DNA of 64,000 bases. Source: Clostridia bacterium. Its GTDB lineage: Bacteria; Bacillota; Clostridia; UBA1212; DUPL01. Below, in pieces: positions 28,949 to 38,870 of this stretch; position 1 is the first letter of the stretch, and each line of letters begins with the position of its first letter. The stretch lies in NCBI GenBank assembly GCA_050951325.1, contig JBMNIW010000001.1, positions 160,001 through 224,000 on the forward strand. The letters run 5' to 3'. A model generated the notes under the pieces. That model did no database searches and was not told the DNA's origin. It saw nothing but the letters and a program-made list of their open reading frames with translations. A program made the position numbers and the translations under genes.

Positions 28949-30352
28949 ATGAAAGAAAACCTCACTTTATTCTTTGATGACAAGAATATACTGTCAAGAA
29001 ACGGATTTACAAGAAAACTGGGAAGCCCAAAAGCAATTGAAATCTACAAAGATCCTAGCGCTACAACAGCAACCGGCTTTCCTTCAATATGGCATGATGA
29101 GCAAAACGGTAAATACCATATGTTCTACAACGGACATGTAAACGGCAAACTGGTTCCCTTAGCTGCAATAAGTGATGACGGTATACACTTCAGTCCCAGA
29201 AACACTGCAGAAGAAGCAGGTCTCAATAATCCTACAGCCCCCAACCAGGTGATGATTGGATGCGGGGAACTTGCAAATGTTTATGTAGATAAAAAAGGAC
29301 CCTCATCCGAAAGGTTGAAAGCTTTAGTTACATACGGTGACTCAAAGACAACAAGAATTATAAACGACCCATTGTACACCTCACCAGACGGAATAAATTG
29401 GACAAGACAGCCTGTGCAGTGGCACAACCACGCAGCAGAGCCTGGGGCGATGTGTTTCTACAACCATGTTATAGACAAACACTGCATCATTGCAAGGCCG
29501 GATGCAGGTGTTAGAAGAGTTGGGCTTATTGAAACATCTGATTTCAAATCTTTTTCAGACGCTCGCCTTGTCATGACACCCGATTCATTGGATGAGCCCC
29601 TTGCAGAGCACTATGGAATGCCTGTATTTCCTTATGAAAACTATTTCATAGGTTTTCTGTGGATATATCATGTGCCGAATGTGAGAAAAAGAAAGTATTA
29701 CGGTGGAACAATTGACGCCCAGCTTGTTTACTCCTACAACGGAACAAACTTTAACAGAACCTTGAGGGAAGCATTTTTCTCAAAACAAAAGGGTATGATA
29801 TTTCCCAGCTGCATGTATGAAAGTACCGATGGAAAACTGCTGGTTGTCGCAAGCACATGCGAAAACGAGCATGGATACTTTAAAAATAATGGAGTAATTG
29901 AAATATATGAAATAAGGAAAGATGGCTTCATATCCCTGCACGCAGATGATAACGCCGATCTTATAACCATCCCCATGCTTTACAGAGGCGGGGATATAAA
30001 AGTCAACATTAATGCCGAGCACTGCACATGCGCACTGTATACGGATGACAGTGACAAACATCCTCTTAATCTTCTTGAACATGAGCTTCTGCCTCTTGAG
30101 GGATTCTCCCATGAAGAATGTAAAGCCTTCTCCGGGGATTGTTTAGTCTGGACTCCTAAATGGAAAGAAAAAGATGTAAATTGTCTTGAAGGAAGAATAA
30201 TCTACATCGAATTAAAACTAAAAAAGGGAGATATCTATTCCATAAAAGGAAATCTTACCCCAATGATGATATGCGATCTAGCAAGGTATCACCTGCATGG
30301 AAGTAGATATCACATCGAATTAAAACTAACAAAGGGAGATATGTTTCCATAA
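28949..30352 (+). CDS. Putative beta-propeller glycosidase-like protein; 3' end disturbed by a duplication
   Basis: Asp-box-like motifs SDDGIHF, SPDGINW and SYNGTNF; RKDGFISL; no signal peptide. Confidence 0.65.
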   Translation: MKENLTLFFDDKNILSRNGFTRKLGSPKAIEIYKDPSATTATGFPSIWHDEQNGKYHMFYNGHVNGKLVPLAAISDDGIHFSPRNTAEEAGLNNPTAPNQVMIGCGELANVYVDKKGPSSERLKALVTYGDSKTTRIINDPLYTSPDGINWTRQPVQWHNHAAEPGAMCFYNHVIDKHCIIARPDAGVRRVGLIETSDFKSFSDARLVMTPDSLDEPLAEHYGMPVFPYENYFIGFLWIYHVPNVRKRKYYGGTIDAQLVYSYNGTNFNRTLREAFFSKQKGMIFPSCMYESTDGKLLVVASTCENEHGYFKNNGVIEIYEIRKDGFISLHADDNADLITIPMLYRGGDIKVNINAEHCTCALYTDDSDKHPLNLLEHELLPLEGFSHEECKAFSGDCLVWTPKWKEKDVNCLEGRIIYIELKLKKGDIYSIKGNLTPMMICDLARYHLHGSRYHIELKLTKGDMFP

Positions 30353-30411
30353 AGATGAACAACTTACCCCAAGATGTATGCGATCTGCAAGGTATCACCT
30401 GCATGGAGTAG
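30204..30411 (+). repeat. Degenerate ~100-bp tandem duplication
   Basis: 30204..30306 is repeated at 30312..30411 with several indels. Confidence 0.85.
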
Positions 30412-30444
30412 TTCCAGGTGTATGTTATTTAATGTAATAATTTT

Positions 30445-31158
30445 TTACTCCCCTCGTCTATTAGGTGGCACATAGGCTTCAGCATCTTCCATTGACTTAA
30501 AGAAACCAAAGTAATCCACAGTAATTGTGGAATTTGCGATATTGCCTCCCAATATATCCGCTCTGAAATCCGTTAGAATTTCTGCTCCTTCGGGCTTGAT
30601 TTCGTTAAAATCCATATATATTACCTGCCATTCATCTGTTGCTTCTGCTGTGAACGTACGGGCTTGGTTCTTACCAAATCCTACTTTGTCACCATCATAT
30701 GCAAAATACATTTGTCCACCTGTAGCTTTTGCTGAATTTTTGAAAAGCATCTTGAATATTGCATACTCTGTAATATCAATCATGCCCTCAGGCAGAGGAA
30801 CAGTAAAGTACGGATCAGGAACATCTTCAACTGTAATCAACAGCCCTTCATCGGTATACTCATGGGTGGAGTTGGCAGGTTTCAAGGGAATACCCTCAAA
30901 CATACTGTCAATGATATCTTCACCCTCGAATGCAAAACGATATAAAATGGCATCTATATCTGCATCGGGGTCTGGTGTTGGAGTCGGTGTTGGTTCAGGA
31001 GTATCTGTAGGTTCAGGAGTATCTGTAGGTTCGGGTGTATTCGTTGTATCCGGTGGAACATCAGTAGCTTTAGGACCTACCCCCATACCGTCACACCCAG
31101 CAAACACCAACATTAAAATAATTACAAATAAAATACAAATTGCCCTTTTAACTCTCAT
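30445..31158 (-). CDS. Lipoprotein with TPEPTD repeats and one CBM-like module
   Basis: Lipobox FAGC; 18-bp tandem coding repeats; DPYF...GQMYF...WQVIYMDF...FRADI motifs. Confidence 0.8.
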   Translation of the reverse strand: MRVKRAICILFVIILMLVFAGCDGMGVGPKATDVPPDTTNTPEPTDTPEPTDTPEPTPTPTPDPDADIDAILYRFAFEGEDIIDSMFEGIPLKPANSTHEYTDEGLLITVEDVPDPYFTVPLPEGMIDITEYAIFKMLFKNSAKATGGQMYFAYDGDKVGFGKNQARTFTAEATDEWQVIYMDFNEIKPEGAEILTDFRADILGGNIANSTITVDYFGFFKSMEDAEAYVPPNRRGE

Positions 31159-31183
31159 TGAGACACCTCGCAGTCTTTACGTA

Positions 31184-32479
31184 TTATTCAAATATTAATG
31201 CATCCTTGAGATAAACAGGCTGAAACAAGAGTAAAGATCCATCATTGTCAATAACTTCAACACGAACATATTTCTCGCCGTTTAGTGTGTATTGGCCCTC
31301 TTTGGTTGTTTGCTCTAACAATACCTTGCCTTCCTCAGTAATAAACCTATATGTAAAAGTGTTATTATCAGGCTGCTTTGGATCCCTGGCCTTAACCTTT
31401 ATGATGTCACCCTCTAAAACCAAGTACTCTGGAAAGAGACCTGTAGAGGCACAAAACCGCCCATTATCAATAGCTTTTCTCATAGATTCATATGCAATAT
31501 CTTCAGTATAGATAATGTTGTAGCTTTTATTCACATCTCCCAATTGGTGCATATCGTCATTTCCAAAACCATAAACCAATCTACCTTTTGTAAGCAAGTA
31601 ATCCCACACATCTGTGGCAATAGGCTCACCTGTCGGCAAACGGTTAATCAGCATGTTTATTGCTTCTATCCCTATATAGCCTTTTAGATTAAGCAGTCTG
31701 TACTTGTTCCAAAACCATTGTTGAGGCCAGTTTGGATGAGCCAAAATTGTAAAGCCTCCCGCTTCTTTTGCCATGTTAATTGCAGTCTGATGGTCATACT
31801 CATGAAGAGATTGATCACAGCCAACTGTCACCATGTGCTCTTGTACCGAGTATTCCACCCCTGGTACCATGGTCATGTTTTTATCTGTAAACTCCGATGT
31901 ATCCGAAAACAAATCATGATTGGATATTGCAAGAAAGCTAAAATTCGCTTCTCTATAAGCGTTAACCACTACATCAATATCATTCGAACCACAGGTATTT
32001 GGGCCAGTGCCCGCATGTGTATGGAAATTTGCTTTTCTCCATTTTCCTTTACTTAAGTTCTGGTATGGGTTTACATACATTGAGTTGCCTTCAACGTTGG
32101 AACCCCAAAACATGTTAAAACTTCCTTTATGTTCATCACCAATCATTGTCACTATATACTCCCCTGCACTTTCCAAATCTACTTTAAATTCTGAGGTTCC
32201 AACTGAGTTTTTTACATAAACCAGTTTCCTCTCCGCATCTTTAACATAGACATCCAGATTGCCACTCTCAGTGACAAAACTAAAGTGTAAAGATGGTTTT
32301 ACCCCTTCATCAATAGTAATAACTTCGCTCTTCTCGCCATAAAAGTTGTCATAACTTACATTTATCGAATACTCAGTGGTATTCTCTGTAGCGTTTTTGA
32401 ATGAATACCCAGCTTCTTTGCATGATTGCAGCATAAGCGAAGATAATACAAGAATGAATATTGCTAACCTTCTCTTCAT
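31184..32479 (-). CDS. Lipoprotein PHP-like (CehA/McbA-type) metallohydrolase
   Basis: Lipobox LQSC; NFHTH, ISNHD, PGVE, LAHP and GNDDMH motifs. Confidence 0.82.
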   Translation of the reverse strand: MKRRLAIFILVLSSLMLQSCKEAGYSFKNATENTTEYSINVSYDNFYGEKSEVITIDEGVKPSLHFSFVTESGNLDVYVKDAERKLVYVKNSVGTSEFKVDLESAGEYIVTMIGDEHKGSFNMFWGSNVEGNSMYVNPYQNLSKGKWRKANFHTHAGTGPNTCGSNDIDVVVNAYREANFSFLAISNHDLFSDTSEFTDKNMTMVPGVEYSVQEHMVTVGCDQSLHEYDHQTAINMAKEAGGFTILAHPNWPQQWFWNKYRLLNLKGYIGIEAINMLINRLPTGEPIATDVWDYLLTKGRLVYGFGNDDMHQLGDVNKSYNIIYTEDIAYESMRKAIDNGRFCASTGLFPEYLVLEGDIIKVKARDPKQPDNNTFTYRFITEEGKVLLEQTTKEGQYTLNGEKYVRVEVIDNDGSLLLFQPVYLKDALIFE

Positions 32480-32497
32480 AACGATCCCTTCTCTTTT

Positions 32498-32605
32498 TTA
32501 TATCAAATCAGAAAAATCACCAAAATTGTCACCACTTGCTGTAATAACATCATCGCTTTCAAAAACATATATTTCAAAGTCAGGTAGCTCATAACTCATT
32601 TTCAT
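32498..32605 (-). CDS. Unannotated 35-aa peptide MKMSYELPDFEIYVFESDDVITASGDNFGDFSDLI
   Basis: RBS AAGGGGGA; ATG at 32605, TAA at 32498; co-oriented between two operon genes; YxxP...DVITAS leader-like pattern. Confidence 0.78.
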   Translation of the reverse strand: MKMSYELPDFEIYVFESDDVITASGDNFGDFSDLI

Positions 32606-32665
32606 TGAAAATCCCCCTTACTCAATATTTTGTAGTCCTGCATCTCTGGAAAATCCCACTTTACC

Positions 32666-32700
32666 TTCCAGCAGAGTCGCTAAAGCCAACTCTGCCGGAA
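32666..32700 (-). promoter_or_regulatory. GC-rich stem-loop without U-tract upstream of the peptide gene
   Basis: TTCCGGCAGAGTTGGC-TTTA-GCGACTCTGCTGGAA on the minus strand. Confidence 0.6.
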
Positions 32701-32712
32701 AGCAACAGTTCT

Positions 32713-35700
32713 TCAGCCAGCTTGCACCTTTACGAATACATCCTCTTCAGGCATGATGAAAGTATCATGACTAAGCAAAACATTATTTGCCAGTAAATCG
32801 TAATGAACTCCCGGTGCGATATCAATTTCTATCAATACGGTTTCACCGGGCATAAAAATGCCGGCATTCGTCAACCTGCCATTAAGGTACACATCTGTGT
32901 ATGAATCTACATCAACGACATACATTCCCTTGCTATAATATATTGTCTGAGACTGGGAATGACAATCGTATGCGACAACAGTTATTGCATAATCATCCGC
33001 CTTCCTTTCAAAGCCAAACTCAATCTCATCTGGCATGTCATCCATACTATGTATTGCATACTGAGAAGACAAACACATAACTTCTTTCTCTATCACACCG
33101 TCTACAATCTGATACAAAGTGACTATGTAATATTCCACAGGACTGCTTCCATTCTTTGCACTTCGGAATTTACCTGTAATTACATCTGAAGTTTCCGATG
33201 TAATAGTAATTTCCTCTTCATCAAAACGAGGCTTTTCAAATTCCACTTTGTCCTGTGTGTATAGCAAATGTGTTCTATCTTCCCTGGGTGCAGGAACATA
33301 CCATACCGGTTCATATTCAGAGTCATTCATGAAATTTTGCCTTCTTACCCTTACATTATTATTTATGTCCACCTCTATCAAGTATCCTTGAGCAAAATTA
33401 TAAATATCGCCCAGGTTTGCCTGATCCATGCCATCTATCTTTGGTGCTATGTAATAGTACAAACCGCCACAATCCAAGTTAGTGTAATCCCTTTGGCGGA
33501 TTGCAGAATCACTATTCAACGGTCGATGTACATGCCCCGTAAAACAGATTACCTGCGGATATTTTGACAGAACCTTGTCAAGATTAGCACTTGACGGAAA
33601 ATGCACCGCAACAAAAACTGGTTTGTTAGGTTCTTCTTCAGTTATCGCTTGTAATTCTGAGTCAAGCCATAAAATGTGCTCACCCACATAGTCATCAGCG
33701 TCCCAATCAAAATCAACTCCCAGAAAATGATATCCATTTACGAGCCAATGCCTTCGTCCTGCAATTATCTCATCTACATCGTTTACATCTGCATCATAGA
33801 AATCTTCTCCCAACGTCTCGTAGAACATTGTGCTCATTATGGTAGGATCTCCTCCCTTTTTCAGATCATGATTTCCCAGAACGTACAGGATTGATGTCTC
33901 TATTCCGCGGCCTTCTTCAATTACTTGCTTAAACAATTTAATTTCAGTATCATCAAGCAAATGCCCTGCCATATCTGTTATATCTCCAACGATTAAAAAT
34001 GCATCCAGCCCAAAGTCAGTTCTTGCATTTAAAATATTCATAGCTGTTCTCAGCTTGTCCATCTGTCCTTCTCTGCCTAAATGAGTGTCACTGACAGCCC
34101 CAAAAGACAGAACAATGTTATTCTCGTCAAAATCATCAGATATGCCAAGACCTGTTTTAACAATATTTACACTTCTCTCTACAGCCGACTCATAAACAAC
34201 ATGCGTTACATTTTCCTTGTCTGTGTACCGGACGTAGCTTCTTGCAACGAAAACAGAATCATATTCATTTTCTGGTATGTTAATTATTACCGCTGTAAAC
34301 CATTGATACTCTTCATCATCAACTAAAATTCTTTCAGCAGGTATGTTCAAATACTTAAATCCAGCAGCGCCCAGTACAAGGTCTTCATTCTTCAATGACA
34401 GTGCGTCTAAATTTCTCCTTAATGTTACAAGCGTTCCGTATGAAACATTCACTGCATCTGCGGGTATCGACCCTTTATTAATCTGTGTTATAAATCTAAG
34501 GCCTTGAGGCTCATTTATCCTCATTTGAGCACCTAATGTCTCAAACGCAATCCCGTTTTTATCACCAATACTAAAAAATCTTGCTGTAATATCCATATTT
34601 GAAGTCGCACTTCCTGTATAATTTCTGGAAATGCTGATGACCTTGCCAGTCTCGTTGTCATACCATCCACCAAAAGCATATCCTTCTGATGGTTTTGCAT
34701 ACAACTCAAATGCAGTACCGTGAGTGTACAATCCGCCACCTATTACAGTTCCGTTACCATTGTTTGCAACCTTTATCAAGTTGCTATACTTGAATTCCCC
34801 CTCGAAAGCCAGTGCTGCATCTATCGTTTTGAACAGAGCAACATATTTTATCTCTAAAACATCCGATGTCTCACAGCTGTCAAAAGGGTCTATACGAAGG
34901 GTAGACAAATTTCCACTCCATTCAGAAATATCTGACATGTCAATAGTTATAAGCTGCCAATCTGTTGTGGATTTATAGTTAATAGGTTTAGAGCTGACTC
35001 CTGCATAACCACTTGCGGGAGTCGAAAAATACAACTGTCCTTTTAAAGGTGTGCTACTGCTTCTTCTAACAAATAAGGATACTATCTTATACTCATCCAA
35101 AGAAACGTTCGTGTCCTTTTCTATTCTTAATGTAAAATACGGATCTGATACGGTTGCCCCACTTTCGGCAAAAAAAGTGATTTTTGCCGCCTTTATTAAA
35201 GGGTCAAAAGAGATTTCCATATTTTTAAGTCCACTAGTTCTCCCTATTGTGCTTGAATGTTTGAAATCCCAGTAAACCTCTGACGGACGCAAATCTGTGT
35301 AAACAACTGAAAAAGTCTCACGCTGTCTTATCTTATTATCACTTCCACAAATGACAACATCATACTCTCCTGGTGTAAAGTGACCCGTCTGAAAACCGCC
35401 GTCTTTTTCCAATGGTAGCTTTATCTCTCCATTTTGCTCTACATTAGCCCATGCAAGAGCATTCTCCTTGACAGCCTCTCCGTCTTTGGGAATAATTCCT
35501 ATCCAGTCTCCCTGCACTGTTCCATTAAATGAAATATCCAAATTTCCAGCCTGAGTAATAACATTTGTTTTTAAGCTGAGTTTAGTTGGACCATAAAAAT
35601 TACCATCAAAGTTGTTTGCAGCGTCAACTGTACTGAAGGATGCAACATACTTTATCTCGTATACGTCATCTTTCTTGCACTCAGCAAAAGGATCCAACCG

Positions 35701-37259
35701 AAAATGTAAAATGGTACCCTTCCATTCTGGTATTTTTGACATGTCAACAGTAACAATCTGCCAATCTGTTGTGTTTTCGTAATAAATAGTTTCTTTTTTC
35801 CAGCTGCCCGAAGAACCGTCTGTTCTATAGTATAAATCTCCATAATTTGGCGAGCCTTCACTCTTCCTTATCAACAAAGATATTATTGGATAATCGTCTG
35901 CGAGCATGTTTGGATCTGGCAAATTGAAATAAATATGCGGATCAACAACCTTGTTGTTCTCTTCGGGACCAAAAACAAACTTTATAGATTTTGTTCCTTC
36001 AGTATACTCAACACCCGCAATTTTATTCTTAGTCCCAAAATTGTTTACTGATTCGGGATTGTCAAATACCCAGCTAAAATCCAACGGGAATGGATCAACA
36101 TAATTCACAGTAATCGACACCCTTTTAATCTCCGTATAATCTGTCATGAATACCAGGTCATAAACCCCTTCTTCAAGGTCACCTATCATTAATCCACCCT
36201 GTCTGTCTTCTAATACCCTAACCGTTCCAACTCCTTCAATATCATTCCATGCCAATGCCATATTCTTGTTTGCTACATGATTCTTGGGCATCAAAGCATA
36301 CCAGCTGCCACTGCTTACCTTGGCATAAGTAACAATGATATCTTCTGTTTGAAACATGGTATCCTTTGAAAGAGAGATAAAAGGACCATCGTCCGATGAG
36401 TTTGTGTAAAAGAGATCATCAATTGATAGCGTCCCACTTCTGACCGACATGGCAATTGTGCTGTCATCCTTTGCTATCCTTGCATTTGTTACTTCGAATT
36501 GCACATCTCCATTACCATCCAATAGTTTTGCATATGTGTAAATCCCATCAACTGGAGAACCGTATTCAATAACAGCCATTAATGTTTGGTCTACAAATAT
36601 CTTTATCTTATGTCCGTCATCCACCACATCCAAATCAAAAAAGTTTAGAACTGTGTTTTTATTACCCGGCATATTTACCTCAATGTATTTTCTGCCAATA
36701 CCCGAAGTCTCGTTCTTTTCTTCACTTGTCTTTATACCTATTTGAAGTTTATGCGCATGAGGTTTGATATATACTCCAGTAGCTCCAACGCCATTTGCAT
36801 ATACGCCATCATGAAACGAATCAGATTCATATTCATGGATAGGTTTACTGTCATTTTTATAAGGTGTAATTGTTGTCCTGATAAATACAAACCCACCTCC
36901 ATGAGGAGCAGCTTCGTTGTAGCTTCCTTTAAATCGTCCAGAGAATTCAAACGTTTGCCCCAGGTTAAGATTGGAATTGCCCCTTAATAGTCGGCCATCT
37001 ATCCATCCCATTTCCAAATATTTGTTTGTACCTTCATCGACAATCCGAAAACCACCAGAATCCCAGTTATTCCAACGATCTTCTCGTTCCAGATAAAGTA
37101 CTTCTTTAATGAACTCAATATATCTAGTTCTGTACCTGTTTCAAAATTCTGGACATAAATAGTATTCTCTGTTCCTTCAATAATAAAATTTGGTAATATA
37201 AGTGAAAGTACCAAAGAGAATACCAAAAAAATTGATAAAATCCATTTTTTCATTTTCAA
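32713..37259 (-). CDS. Large secreted multidomain protein (~1,500 aa, one 5' frameshift): two CBM-like repeats, InlB-B-like repeat, GAQMR/GLRF domain, calcineurin-like metallophosphoesterase
   Basis: The signal-peptide ORF 36999..37259 joins the 1434-aa ORF by a frameshift near 37060-37140. Motifs SDTH, GDITD, GNHD, GHVH and PSEGYAFGGWY. Confidence 0.82.
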
Positions 37260-37407
37260 ACTCCCCTCACATTTGTTAGTTTGTCTTATATCTGGATGGA
37301 TTTTATCATTAATATTTATATAATTGTTATAAGAACAACTCTCATAATATTAAAAAAGTAACATAAAGGAAGAAGAATAATAAATTTGCAGTATTGCATT
37401 ATTAAAA

Positions 37408-38284
37408 TTAGATGTTGCTGAATTTGCTGGTTATGTATCTGTTTTTATACTTATATGGTGTAGTGTTCTCATGTTTCTTGAAACATGCTATAAAATGAGA
37501 GGCTCCGTTAAAACCAGTATAACTGCTAATCTCTTCCAGGGACAAGTCTGTTTCTATCAGAAAACGTTTTGCCCTGTTGATACGAAGTTTGATAAGATAA
37601 TCATAAGGAGACGCTCCAGTATACTTTTTAAAAATACGAGTAAACTGAGCTTTGCTAAAAAAGCACATCTCAGCCAAATCCTCCACAGTGATTTTTTTAT
37701 CCAGGTTATTACTCATGTATTCAATACATTCCAAGATAGACTCACTATGCTTTATTTTCACATTCTGGTTCTGTCTAGACAGAATAATATCACCCATAAC
37801 TGATACATAAGGGATGAGCATATCAAATCGCTTCTGATTGAAGGTGTTTGTATGTTCTTCATCATGTCTCTGAATATCCTGTCAACTATTTCAGGGTTAC
37901 TCATTTTCGTAGGCGTTACATCACCGCCATAGCATATTTTGTGCAAGTTGTCACATGCATCCCCTTCAATAAAAACCCATATGGAATGCCAGCTGTTGAC
38001 AGGATAATAGATTATATGATCATCTATACTGAAAATACATATCTTATGCTTGTCCATTACAAGCTTATTATTTTTAAACTCAATAATACCCGTTCCATCC
38101 ACAGTATATATAAGCAAATACTGCTCCAGTATCCTGTTTATAAATATCTCTGGCCCCAAAATACCCTCATTGACACTATGAACGCCCAGAGAAAGCTCAC
38201 TAAATCAGGAGATCGGTTTGTTACATAAGGTATCGCAGTTTTTCTAGTCCACCCTCTTATTTCAATAAATGGCATAATACTCAT
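37408..38284 (-). pseudogene. AraC-family regulator split by frameshifts
   Basis: Sensor fragment 37758..38159 and HTH fragment 37408..37821 (GFNGASHFIACFKKHENTTPYKYK); probable start near 38284 in another frame. Confidence 0.8.
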
Positions 38285-38449
38285 TCCTCATAATACATTA
38301 TTGATGCGAAAAAAATCATTTGTTTATTATCTTATTTTAACATAATTTTTACACATCATAAACCTTTCAACGATTATATTATTGTTGAATAATTGCATTA
38401 TTAAGTGGACATTAAAAAGATCTTTTTTATATATTTTCAAGACATAAAA

Positions 38450-38752
38450 CTAATACCACTTAGTCCATCCGTCACCTGTAGGAGATAGGTCATGCGATGC
38501 TGCAGGAGCCTCTTCATTGCTTTTTACAGGTGTAGGACTTTCTGTAGTTTGCGGGGTTGATTCTTCATTGTTATTCAAATCTCCAAAGTTTCCATAATTG
38601 TCGCTTGTACTTTCAGGTAAACCAGGCGTTGTGGCCGCCGGAGTTGGTGTTGAATATCTTTTCTTGTTTTTATCATTTCCACAACCAATAATGATAATTA
38701 CAACAAGCAAAATAAGGATTAATATATAAATAACTCTCTTGACTCTCATCAC
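38450..38752 (-). CDS. Small, mostly disordered lipoprotein ending GDGWTKWY
   Basis: Lipobox IIGC; S/T/P/E-rich; internal motif DNYGNFGDL. Confidence 0.78.
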   Translation of the reverse strand: MMRVKRVIYILILILLVVIIIIGCGNDKNKKRYSTPTPAATTPGLPESTSDNYGNFGDLNNNEESTPQTTESPTPVKSNEEAPAASHDLSPTGDGWTKWY

Positions 38753-38870
38753 TAAGCTCTCCTCTCCACCTATCCTTGTCCAATTGTCAATAATACATTA
38801 TCAAGTCTTATTGAATGGATGTAGCAAAAAAAGGCAAAAAATATTTAAATCGTGTCAAGCATTAATATTC

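Noticed and set aside
30970-31045. 18-bp tandem repeats as a non-coding array
   Set aside because: They encode the TPEPTD linker of a lipoprotein.
13315-38284. Programmed frameshifting or phase variation at the broken genes (13315, ~37100, 37408-38284)
   Set aside because: The shifts that could be located are 1-nt losses in short runs, with no long tract or slippery site. Sequencing error or decay is more likely.
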